A program made the translations under genes and the position numbers. A stretch of DNA of 32,000 nucleotides, taken from positions 1,080,001 to 1,112,000 of the forward strand of contig NC_010814.1 of the NCBI RefSeq assembly GCF_000020385.1, written 5' to 3'. This stretch comes from Trichlorobacter lovleyi SZ. GTDB lineage: Bacteria; Desulfobacterota; Desulfuromonadia; Geobacterales; Pseudopelobacteraceae. The notes beneath the pieces are model-generated. The model saw only the letters and a list, made by a program, of their open reading frames with translations. It had not been told where the DNA came from and ran no database searches. Positions 15,500 through 24,800 of the stretch are shown in pieces (position 1 is the stretch's first letter; the number at the start of each line of letters is the position of its first letter).

Positions 15500-17792
15500 T
15501 TTCCTGAAGGCCAGTGCGGCAGCCGCCGCCTTTGCAGCAGCCGGGGCGCAGGCGCTTGCCCCCCGCCTGGCTTCTGCAGCCGATGACAAAGGGATCAAGT
15601 GGGGCAAGGCGCCCTGCCGTTACTGCGGCGTTGGCTGCTGTGTGCTGGTGGGGGTCAAGGATGGCAAGATCGTTGCCACCAAGGGTGACCCGGCCGGTCC
15701 GGTCAATAAGGGGCTCAACTGCATCAAGGGCTACTTTCTCTCCAAGGCACTCTACGGCAAGGATCGTCTGACCCATCCGCTGATCCGCAAGGGCAACAAG
15801 ATGGTCAAGGCCAGCTGGGATGAGGCCTTGAACCTGATTGCGTCCAAGTACAAGGAGGCGATTGCCAAGAACGGCCCTGACTCGGTGGCGATCTACGGCT
15901 CCGGGCAGTGGACCGTGTTTGAAGGCTACACGGCAGTCAAGCTGTTCAAGGGGGGGATCGGCACCAACAATGTGGAGCCCAATGCCCGGCTCTGTATGGC
16001 CTCGGCCGTGGTCGGCTTCATGAATACCTTTGGTTCAGACGAGCCGATGGGCTGTTACGATGACCTTGACCTGGGCGATACCTATATCCTCTGGGGGGCC
16101 AACATGGCAGAGGCCCACCCGGTACTGTTTTCACGTCTGATTGATAACAAGCTGAAGAACAAGAAGGTTAAAATCATTGATATTGCCACCCGCCGGACCC
16201 GTACCACCCAGATGGCGGATGAATATATCCCGATGCATCCCCAGGGGGATCTGGCTGCCCTGAATGCCATTGCCCACGTCATCCTGCGGGACAAGCTGTA
16301 TGATGAGTCCTTTGTCAAACAGCATGTCACCTTCAAGCGGGGTACCGAGAACCAGCCCTATGGTCTGAAGGATAAGGAAAACCCCAAAGAGGAACCCAAG
16401 CCGCTGACCTTTGATGAATACAAGCAGCTGATGAAGCAGTTTACCCCGGAGTGGGCTGAAAAGCTGTCCGGGATACCGGCCAAAAAGATTGAGCATCTGG
16501 CCCAGCTCTATACCGACAAGAGCCGCAAGGTCAATTCGCTCTGGACCATGGGGGTCAATCAGCACGTACGTGGGGTCTGGGTCAATAACCTGATCTATAA
16601 TCTGCACCTCTTAACCGGCAAGATCTGCAAGCCGGGCGAAAATCCACTCTCCCTGACCGGCCAGCCTTCCGCCTGCGGTACCGCCCGTGAGGTGGGCACT
16701 TTTGCCCATCGCCTGCCTGCCGACATGGTGGTGATGAACGAGGCCCATCGCAAAAAGACCGCCGAGATCTGGGGCGTTGATCCCAAAAAGATCTCGCCCA
16801 AGGTCGGACTGCATACCATGGAGATGTACCGCGCCATTGACCGTGGTGAGCTGAAGTGCCTCTGGATCCAGTGCACCAACCCGTTCCAGTCGATCCCGAA
16901 TCTCTCCCGTTACCGCAAGGCTGCCCAGGCCCGCAAGGCCTTCATTGTGGTCTCCGACATCTATCCCACCAGGTCAACGGAAGTGGCAGACGTGATCCTG
17001 CCCTCTGCCTCCTGGGTTGAGAAAGAGGGGGTCTTCGGCAACACCGAGCGCCGCACCCAGCACTGGTTCAAAATGATCGAACCTCCTGGCGAGGCAAAGG
17101 AAGATACCTGGCAATTGATTGAGCTGGCCAAACGGCTTGGTCATGGCAATCTCTTTCCTTACAGCCAGAAAAACTTCCACAAAGAGATGTGGGAGGAATA
17201 CCGCAAGTTTACCATTGGCACCGGTAAGGATCTGGCCCCCTATGAAACCTACTTTAAAGTGCGCGGGCTGCGTTGGCCGGTCAAGTCCAACGGTCAGGAA
17301 ACCCGCTGGCGTTATACCGATGCTGATGATCCTTACGTCAAGAAGGGGGAAGGGGTTAAATTCTACAAGGCGCCGGGTAACAAGGCCACAATCTGGTTCC
17401 GCCCTTATGAGCCGCCTGCAGAGAGCCCGAATAGCGAGTATCCGTTCTGGTACTGCACCGGCCGGCTGCTGGAACATTGGCACACCGCCACCATGACCGG
17501 CCGGGTACCTGAGTTGAAACGGGCCATGCCGGGGGCAACCCTGGAGATGCATCCGGAAGATGCCGCCCGCTTGGGGATCAAGAACCGCGACAAGGTCAAG
17601 GTCAGTTCCCGCCGGGGATCGGTGGTGCTGACGGCCGAGATCAATGGCCGCGGCAAGCCGGAGAAGGGCAATGTCTTCACCACCTTCTTTGATGAAACCA
17701 AGCTGATCAATGACCTCTGTATTGATGCCTTTGATCCGCTTTCCAAGGAGCCTGACTTCAAGAAGTGTGCGGTGAAGGTCGAGAAGGCCTAA
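15480..17792 (+). CDS. napA: Periplasmic nitrate reductase catalytic subunit NapA (Mo-bisMGD, 4Fe-4S)
   Basis: It has a twin-arginine signal (TRRDFLKASAAAAA) and the N-terminal cluster motif CRYCGVGCCVLV...GDPAGPVNKGLNCIKGYF, typical of NapA. Length is 770 aa. Confidence 0.95.
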   Translation: MELTRRDFLKASAAAAAFAAAGAQALAPRLASAADDKGIKWGKAPCRYCGVGCCVLVGVKDGKIVATKGDPAGPVNKGLNCIKGYFLSKALYGKDRLTHPLIRKGNKMVKASWDEALNLIASKYKEAIAKNGPDSVAIYGSGQWTVFEGYTAVKLFKGGIGTNNVEPNARLCMASAVVGFMNTFGSDEPMGCYDDLDLGDTYILWGANMAEAHPVLFSRLIDNKLKNKKVKIIDIATRRTRTTQMADEYIPMHPQGDLAALNAIAHVILRDKLYDESFVKQHVTFKRGTENQPYGLKDKENPKEEPKPLTFDEYKQLMKQFTPEWAEKLSGIPAKKIEHLAQLYTDKSRKVNSLWTMGVNQHVRGVWVNNLIYNLHLLTGKICKPGENPLSLTGQPSACGTAREVGTFAHRLPADMVVMNEAHRKKTAEIWGVDPKKISPKVGLHTMEMYRAIDRGELKCLWIQCTNPFQSIPNLSRYRKAAQARKAFIVVSDIYPTRSTEVADVILPSASWVEKEGVFGNTERRTQHWFKMIEPPGEAKEDTWQLIELAKRLGHGNLFPYSQKNFHKEMWEEYRKFTIGTGKDLAPYETYFKVRGLRWPVKSNGQETRWRYTDADDPYVKKGEGVKFYKAPGNKATIWFRPYEPPAESPNSEYPFWYCTGRLLEHWHTATMTGRVPELKRAMPGATLEMHPEDAARLGIKNRDKVKVSSRRGSVVLTAEINGRGKPEKGNVFTTFFDETKLINDLCIDAFDPLSKEPDFKKCAVKVEKA

Positions 17793-17801
17793 CCCCCTCA
17801 G

Positions 17802-17862
17802 TCCCCCTTGACAGGGGGGACGATAGATCTCCCATCTGAACTCCTCCCCTGACAAGGGGAGG
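17802..17862 (+). repeat. Two related GC-rich stem-loops between napA and napG
   Basis: They are TCCCCCTTGACAGGGGGGA (17802-17820) and CCTCCCCTGACAAGGGGAGG (17843-17862). Both have C-run/G-run stems around a (T)TGACA(A) loop. Confidence 0.6.
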
Positions 17863-17885
17863 CCGGGAGGGGTGAAAAGGTGTGT

Positions 17886-18548
17886 ATGGATTCTGACGCA
17901 AAAAATACCGGCATCTCGCGCCGCCTGTTTCTGAAGGGCAGTGTCCTGACCCCCCTGGCCCTTGCCTTGGGCAGTGCCGCCATCTCCGCGGTCTATCTGC
18001 GGCCTGCCCAGGCACGGGGCTTCTACCTGCGACCGCCGGGGGCGATTGAGGAAGCGCGTTTTCTGGCTGCCTGCGTCAAATGCGGCAAATGTGCCCAGGC
18101 CTGTCCGTACAAATCAATTGTCATGGCTGGTGGTGAGGCCGGTGCCGGGATCGGCACACCGCACATCATCCCCCGCGAGAACCCCTGTTACCTCTGTCCG
18201 GATCTGCCCTGTGTCAAGGCCTGTCCCTCCGGTGCGCTGGATAAACAACTGACCGAGGTGGAAAAGGTGCGGATGGGAACAGCGGTAATCGTTGACCGGG
18301 AGGGCTGTCTCTCAATCCGCGGCTTACGCTGCGAGGTCTGTTACCGCCAGTGTCCCCTGATCGACAAGGCGATTACCATTGAGAACCGGCATAATATCCG
18401 TACCGGTGAGCATACGATCATGGAACCGGTGATTCATAAGGACAAATGTGTGGGCTGCGGCATCTGCGAAAAGGTCTGTGTCCGGGAAAAACCGGTCATT
18501 GCCGTCCAGCAGCGGGTTACGGAACAGAAGGACTTTTATGAATTTTAA
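17886..18548 (+). CDS. napG: NapG periplasmic four-cluster ferredoxin
   Basis: It has a Tat signal (SRRLFLKGS) and four Cys clusters (CVKCGKCAQACP, CYLCPDLPCVKACP, CEVCYRQCP, CVGCGICEKVC). An alternative GTG start is at 17880. Confidence 0.88.
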   Translation: MDSDAKNTGISRRLFLKGSVLTPLALALGSAAISAVYLRPAQARGFYLRPPGAIEEARFLAACVKCGKCAQACPYKSIVMAGGEAGAGIGTPHIIPRENPCYLCPDLPCVKACPSGALDKQLTEVEKVRMGTAVIVDREGCLSIRGLRCEVCYRQCPLIDKAITIENRHNIRTGEHTIMEPVIHKDKCVGCGICEKVCVREKPVIAVQQRVTEQKDFYEF

Positions 18549-19356
18549 GCGCTGGGGCATAGCCCGTTGTGCGGTGCAACTGCTGATGATCGCCTTGCTG
18601 GCCTCCCCCTTGGCCGGCCTGGCGATCTTCACGGGTAACCTGGCAGCTGCAGAGCTGCTGGGGCTTCCCCTGGCAGACCCGCTGGCCTTTCTGCAGGCGC
18701 TGCTGGGAGGGCGGGTCTTTGTACTCTCTTATCTGCTCAGCGCCCTGCTGGTGGTCGGCTTCTATTTTCTGCTGGGTGGCCGCACCTTCTGTGGCTGGGT
18801 CTGCCCGGTGGGGCTGGTCACCGAGCTTGCGGACCGGCTGCGCAGAAAACTGGGAACCGGTACACAAACGCTGCCGCTTACCCTCAACCGCTGGAGTCTC
18901 GCACTGGTGTTGCTGGTGGTGATGGCCACCGGGGTTCCGCTGTTTGAGCTGCTCTCACCGATCGGCATTATCAGCCGGGCAATTGTGTTTGCTGCGCTGT
19001 TGCCGTTATTGCTGGTGGCAGCCATCCTGCTGATGGAACTGCTGGTGGCCAGACGGGTCTGGTGCCGTTCGCTCTGCCCGCTGGGCGGGTTCTACAGTCT
19101 GCTGGCAGCCTTCAGCCCGCTACGGATCGGGTTTGTTGCTGATCGCTGCACCCATTGTAATGACTGCCTCAAGGCCTGCCCGGTGGAAGAGGTGCTGCAG
19201 CCCTCTCTGGAACTGAATCATCCCCAGGTGGTTGCCGGAGACTGTACCCGCTGTATGGCCTGTCTGGATGCCTGTCCTGCAAAGGCTCTCAAAATTTCAA
19301 TCGGTTATCAACCGGTATCACGAGACGTAACAGACCCCCTCAAAGGAGGCCGATGA
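18538..19356 (+). CDS. napH: NapH membrane quinol-oxidising FeS subunit
   Basis: ATG at 18538 overlaps the napG end by 11 nt. It has TM helices, two CxxxCP motifs (CGWVCP, CRSLCP) and two C-terminal 4Fe-4S motifs (CTHCNDCLKACP, CTRCMACLDACP). Confidence 0.88.
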   Translation: MNFKRWGIARCAVQLLMIALLASPLAGLAIFTGNLAAAELLGLPLADPLAFLQALLGGRVFVLSYLLSALLVVGFYFLLGGRTFCGWVCPVGLVTELADRLRRKLGTGTQTLPLTLNRWSLALVLLVVMATGVPLFELLSPIGIISRAIVFAALLPLLLVAAILLMELLVARRVWCRSLCPLGGFYSLLAAFSPLRIGFVADRCTHCNDCLKACPVEEVLQPSLELNHPQVVAGDCTRCMACLDACPAKALKISIGYQPVSRDVTDPLKGGR

Positions 19357-19658
19357 TGAAACGTTCTGTGCAGCTTGTATCCCTGATCAGTTGTCTGCTG
19401 CTGCTGGCCCTGGTTCCTGTCCATGCCGACGAGCAGCCTGAGCCCAATCTTGCCGCTGATGCCGTTAAGGCGGAGAAACATCCGCCGGTCATTCCCCATG
19501 CGGTGCAGGATGATGCGGATGGCGCCTCGTGCAACGGTTGTCATACCGGCAGTTTCAAGGCACCCCATCCGGATCGCCTGAACTGTACCCAGTGCCATGT
19601 GCCGGGTGAGGTCAAAAAACCGGCGAAAAAAGGTGGTAAGAAGGCGGTTAAGAAGTGA
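19353..19658 (+). CDS. napB: NapB dihaem cytochrome c small subunit
   Basis: It has a signal peptide and two CXXCH motifs (CNGCH, CTQCH) in the NapB context PPVIPH...CNGCH...HPDRLNCTQCHV. It overlaps napH by ATGA. Confidence 0.82.
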   Translation: MMKRSVQLVSLISCLLLLALVPVHADEQPEPNLAADAVKAEKHPPVIPHAVQDDADGASCNGCHTGSFKAPHPDRLNCTQCHVPGEVKKPAKKGGKKAVKK

Positions 19659-20008
19659 CCATCTCCCGCAAGGAATTTTTCCGGCAGGGGATCTTCTCGC
19701 TGGGCGATACCCTGCTGAAGGCCACCGGCATACTGCAGCAACCTGCTGCGGGCGCCGGGGACGATGCCGTTGAGCTGCCCCACGGAGATCAACCGATGGT
19801 GGCACTGCCCCGCAATGAACGGTGTCTGGCAAAAAACTGTGGCTGTTTCAGCTGTGTGGAAAAATGTGAACAGCAGGCAATTGTGGTGGTGATGGGCGAG
19901 GGGATCAGAATTGATGCAACCCGCTGCAACGGCTGCGGCAGCTGTCTGTATGTCTGTCCGGTCACCCCCAAGGCGATTACGCTGCGGGTACGTGCTGAAT
20001 TGAATTGA
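19655..20008 (+). CDS. Small two-cluster ferredoxin, NapF-like
   Basis: GTG start overlaps the napB stop (GTGA). A vestigial Tat-like N-terminus (SRKEFFRQG) is present. Cys motifs are CGCFSCVEKC and CNGCGSCLYVCP. Confidence 0.6.
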   Translation: MTISRKEFFRQGIFSLGDTLLKATGILQQPAAGAGDDAVELPHGDQPMVALPRNERCLAKNCGCFSCVEKCEQQAIVVVMGEGIRIDATRCNGCGSCLYVCPVTPKAITLRVRAELN

Positions 20009-20056
20009 GTTCAGGTGAATAGTTTCACCAACATCCAGAAGAGAGGAGAATACGGT

Positions 20057-21682
20057 ATGCTGAAACAGAGACTGGCAGTTGCAGCAAGTATTGTCGGGCT
20101 TGGAGCCCTGTTGGCGATTCCTTCGCTGGCAGCACCCAAGGCCAAACCGGCAGCAAAACCTGCCAACGACGGACGTGAGCAGTGCTACATGTGTCACACG
20201 GAGGTAAAGGCGCTCAAGGAGGCATCCAAACATGCCGCACTGGCCTGTTCGGTCTGCCATGACAAGACCAAAGAGCACCTTGCCAATCCCGGCCCGGATA
20301 CCAAACCGGTAACCAAGCTGGACCCGGCGGTTTGTGGCTCCTGTCACAAGAATCAGTATCAGAGCTTCTTTACCCCGCACTACCCCGAGGGCGGGTCCCG
20401 TAAGGAAAAGGGCGTGCCCACCGGCCGTTCACCAATGCAGGATAAGCTGCTGGCCGGTCACGGCTTTACCTTTGAACATGCCGAGCCCCGCGGCCATGCC
20501 TTTATGGTGGTGGACCAGTTTGCAGTAGATCGTTTCCAGGGTGGACGCTACCAGTTTAAGGGTGGCTGGAAGAACTACGACAAGGTTGGCAAGACCTGGG
20601 ATGTGCTGGAAGACAAAGGTGCCAGCGCCAAACTGACCGAGACTGCCATGGCTGGTAACCCGACCTGTATCCAGTGCAAGACCTCCGACCTGATCCTGAA
20701 GTGGAAGTATCTTGGGGAAAAGGGCGGCAAGTTTGACCGTACCTCCAACGTGAATGATGTCATGAAGGATGTCCATAATCCGGTCGGCTGTATTGAGTGC
20801 CACGACCCCCACGGCACTCAGCCCCGCGTGATCCGTGATGCCCTGATTGCAGCCATTGACAAGGACCCGGCCAAGAATATCTTTGCCAAAAACGGCAAGA
20901 CCGACCTGAAGGTGGTTTCCTTCCGTGACGGCTTCCGCAAGATCGGCGTGATGGAGAAGACCGATTCCCGCATGATGTGTGCCCAGTGCCATGTTGAGTA
21001 CAATTGTAACCCCGGTACCCAGTGGAGCGACGGCAAGCCGGTGACCTTTGCCTCGGACCGTACCAACCACTTCCCGCTCAAGAATGCCAAAGAGATCCTG
21101 GCCCACTACAAGCAGCTTGATTTCTTTGACTTCAAGCATGCCGTAACCGGTGCCCGCCTGATCAAGCTGCAGCACCCCGAGGCAGAGACCTATGCCGGCT
21201 CCGTGCATGACAAGGCCGGTGTGCAGTGCCATCAATGCCATATGCCCAAGCTGAAGGGCAAAGACGGCAAGCCGTACTCGACCCACGGTGTGGTCAAGCC
21301 GATCAATATGGCCAAAGAGTCCTGCATCAGCTGCCATAAGGATTCCAGTGTCGAGAAGGCCAAGTGGCAGATCGACACCATCCGTAACTACACCAAGGGC
21401 AAGATGCGCAAGGCCGAATACTGGCTGGGCCAGCTGATTGACACCTATCTGGTGGCTTCCCGTGCCGGTGTCGCCCCTGCCGTACTGGATCAGGCCCGGG
21501 CCAAGCATGAAGAGGCCCATGTGCTGTGGGAATACTGGACCGCTGAGAACTCAGACGGTTTCCATAACCCTGCTCTGGCCCGTGAAACCCTGACCGGCTC
21601 CATTGCTGCCTCCAAGGCCGGGGTCAAGATCCTGAATGATGCCATGGCAGTGGCAAACAAGAAGGAAGAACCGAAAAAGTAG
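20057..21682 (+). CDS. Octahaem cytochrome c nitrite reductase (ONR, TvNiR-like)
   Basis: ATG at 20057 is preceded by GAGAGGAG, and a Sec signal is present. Three N-terminal CXXCH motifs are followed by CXXCK (CIQCK) and four more CXXCH motifs. NrfA-like catalytic blocks EPRGH, CHVEYNC and LQHPEAE are present. Confidence 0.85.
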   Translation: MLKQRLAVAASIVGLGALLAIPSLAAPKAKPAAKPANDGREQCYMCHTEVKALKEASKHAALACSVCHDKTKEHLANPGPDTKPVTKLDPAVCGSCHKNQYQSFFTPHYPEGGSRKEKGVPTGRSPMQDKLLAGHGFTFEHAEPRGHAFMVVDQFAVDRFQGGRYQFKGGWKNYDKVGKTWDVLEDKGASAKLTETAMAGNPTCIQCKTSDLILKWKYLGEKGGKFDRTSNVNDVMKDVHNPVGCIECHDPHGTQPRVIRDALIAAIDKDPAKNIFAKNGKTDLKVVSFRDGFRKIGVMEKTDSRMMCAQCHVEYNCNPGTQWSDGKPVTFASDRTNHFPLKNAKEILAHYKQLDFFDFKHAVTGARLIKLQHPEAETYAGSVHDKAGVQCHQCHMPKLKGKDGKPYSTHGVVKPINMAKESCISCHKDSSVEKAKWQIDTIRNYTKGKMRKAEYWLGQLIDTYLVASRAGVAPAVLDQARAKHEEAHVLWEYWTAENSDGFHNPALARETLTGSIAASKAGVKILNDAMAVANKKEEPKK

Positions 21683-21732
21683 CCATATATACACAAACGA
21701 TGTTCGAAACTTTAGGATGGGTATGAATGGAG

Positions 21733-21764
21733 GGCTGTCCGGTATTGGGCAGCCTTCCTTTTTT
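21733..21764 (+). terminator. Rho-independent terminator ending the nap-ONR operon
   Basis: GGCTGTCC, a GGTATT loop and GGGCAGCC form an 8-bp stem with one G-U pair. TTCCTTTTTT follows. Confidence 0.75.
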
Positions 21765-21884
21765 GCTTGATTTAATACAAAACAAACCGTATTTGTCTTT
21801 TTATTTTTTTACGACGCTATTTTGATGCAATGTGGTAAATTGGCGACCTGTTTTGGGGCATTTGTTATTGATTGAAGTCTCGTG

Positions 21885-24800
21885 ATGAAGTGGGGATGGG
21901 CAGACGGTATGTACATCGGCAAAATCAATAAATTTCGCCTGCAATGGGGGATACTGCTGTTTGGCTTGTTGTTGCTGGCCGGTGCTGTTATCCACAATCT
22001 CTACCGGAACTATGAGGATATCCTGGAGGCTGAGCAGCAGCGTCTGTTGACCCAGTCCCGCGTGATTGCCGTCAATGTAGCCAACCGCCTGGAGAGTACC
22101 GACAGGATTCTGCGTCTGATCCGGCGAGAGCTGGGCGCCTACTCTGAGAAGGAGTGGTCCAGCCAGATACCGCACCAGCGCTTTGAACTGATGGTGGATG
22201 CGCTTTCCGGGGTGCACAGCATGCTGGTGCTGGATGCCCGGGGAAAGGTTGTGATCAGCAATCACCGGGAGGCACTGGGAAGCAATCTGGGGGGGCGCCC
22301 CTATTTTCAGGCTGCCCTGCGTGACCCAAATCCGGAAAAACTTTATGTAACGCCGCCGTTCAAGACCCTGCCGGGAACCTGGGGCATTGCACTTGTGCGG
22401 GTTATCCTGAACAGCCAGGGGCAGTTTAGTGGTGTGGTGGTGGCAACCCTTAACCCTGAATACTTCAAAGTGCTGCTGGGCTCGGTGCAGTATGCGCCGG
22501 ATATGCGGTCGTGCCTTGCCCATGGGGATGGACTGCAATTCATCATGGAGCCGGACCGTCTCGGGCAACAGGGTATGAATCTGGCCAAACCCGGTTCATT
22601 TTTTACCCGTCACATGCAGAGCGGCAAAAAGGAAAATGTGCTGAGCGGCACGGTCTACTCCACCGGCGAACAGCGCTTGATGGCATTAAGCACGGTGCAG
22701 CTTGCAGTACTCGGCATGGACAGACCGCTGGTCATAGCGGTGAGTCGTGACCTGAAGCAACTCCATGCCGGTTGGCACAAACATGCGGTTAACCAGGCCA
22801 TCACCTTCAGTATCATCGTTGCTCTAAGTATCTCTGCCCTGATCGGTTTTCAGGGATATCAGCGTGAACAGTTGGCAAAGGCCCGTGCCGTTGAACAGGC
22901 ATTGCTTGATGCTCGTCAGCAACTTAATGATATTATAGACTTTTTCCCTGATGCGGTCTTTGTGATTGATCGGAACAAGCGGGTGACGATCTGGAACCGG
23001 GCCATTGAGAAGATGTCCGGGGTACCAAAGGAGGAGATGCTTGGCAAGGGGGATCACGAATACAGCATCCCGTTTTACGGACAGCGCCGAACCCAGCTGC
23101 TTGACCTGCTGGATCTGGATGATGCCGAGCTGGCGGCGAAATACAGTAATATCCGGCGTGTCGGAGAAGTACTGGATGCCGAGACCTTTTGCCCGGCCCT
23201 GCATGACGGCAAAGGGGCCTATGTCTGGGCCACCGGTGTACCGCTCTATAATGCCGCCGGGGAACGGATCGGAGCCATTGAGGCGATCCGGGACATCTCG
23301 GACCGCAAACAGTCCGAACTCTTCCTCAAGAAATTGACCCACGGAATTGAGAATAGCGCCAGCGCTGTTGTGATAACGGATACGCAGGGCGTCATTGAGT
23401 ATGTGAACAAGAAATTTATCCAGCTGACCGGGTTCAGCCTGGAAGAGGCGGTCGGGAAGAATCCCCGCATCCTGAAGTCGGAAGCGACGCCACCAGAGGT
23501 GTTTGTAGACCTCTGGAAGACCATTTTGAGCGGTCGGGAGTGGCGGGGCGAGCTGCTGAACCGCCGAAAAAACGGCGAGGTTTACTGGTCAATTACCTCG
23601 ATCAGCCCATTGCGTAATGATAGCGGCGAGATTACCCATTTTATTGCCAACGTTGAAGACATTAACGAGCGGAAAAACGCCGAGGCCACCATCGAACACC
23701 TGGCCTATTTCGATCCCCTGACCGACCTGCCTAACCGCCGCATGCTGCAGGATCGTCTGGAGCTTGCCCTGCGCCGCAGCCGGCGTCATGGCAGTAATGT
23801 TGCGCTTATGTATCTGGATCTGGATAGTTTCAAACATGTCAACGACAGTATGGGGCATCCGGCGGGTGACCTGCTGCTGAAGGAAATGGCGGGGCGTTTC
23901 AGCGGGGTGGTGCGCGACGATGACGTGGTCTGCCGGCTGGGGGGAGACGAGTTCGCCCTGATCCTGCATGATATCCATCAGGATCAGGATGTGGTGCCGA
24001 TTGCCCAGAAGCTGATCGAGGCCGTAGCGCAGCCGGTGCCGCTGGATGGCCGCGAAGTGGTGGTGACGGCCAGTATCGGCATTGCCCTGTTTCCCCGCGA
24101 CGGCGGGGATGTCAAGAATCTGGAAAAACATGCCGACATCGCTCTGTACCATGCCAAGGAAGAGGGTAAAAATACCTTCCGTTTCTACCTGGAGGAACTG
24201 AACAGTACCATCAGTACCCGGATTGCACTGGAACAGGGCTTGCGCTATGCCAAGGAACGGCAGGAGCTGGAACTGCACTACCAGCCCAAGGTCTGTGTGG
24301 CGAGTGGCAAGGTGAGCGGGGTGGAGGCGCTGTTGCGGTGGCATAGCCCGGATTTCGGCCTGGTGTCGCCTATCCGCTTTATACCGTTGGCTGAACAGAC
24401 CCGGCTGATTATTCCGATCGGCGAATGGGTGCTGCGCACCGCCTGTCTGCAGCAGGTGCAGTGGCGTGAACAGGGGTTGTTGCTCAACATGGCGGTCAAC
24501 CTGTCTGCTATTCAGCTCAAATCCCCCGGTCTGGTTGAGCGGGTCGCGGCCATTATCGATGAAACCGGTATACAGCCGGAACATCTGGAACTTGAGCTGA
24601 CCGAGAGCGCCCTGGTCAACAATCCCGATGAGGTCGTGCAACTGCTGGAGCGGTTGCGTACCCTGGGGTGCAGCATCTCCATCGACGACTTCGGCACCGG
24701 CTATTCCTCGCTCAGCTACCTCAAGTCCTTCCCGGTAACCATCCTCAAGATTGATCGTTCCTTTGTGCGCGATCTGGCCCATAACTCGGGCGATCGGGCC

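Noticed and set aside
21767-21780. TTGATTTAATACAA upstream of the GGDEF-EAL gene as a fifth CRP/FNR box.
   Set aside because: Only the left half-site matches; the right half is TACAA rather than GTCAA/ATCAA. Such a match is easily found by chance in an AT-rich spacer.
22062-22075. GTGATTGCCGTCAA, a 9/10 match to the TTGAY-N4-GTCAA motif.
   Set aside because: It lies well inside the GGDEF-EAL coding sequence with no downstream gene start, so it is most likely a chance occurrence.
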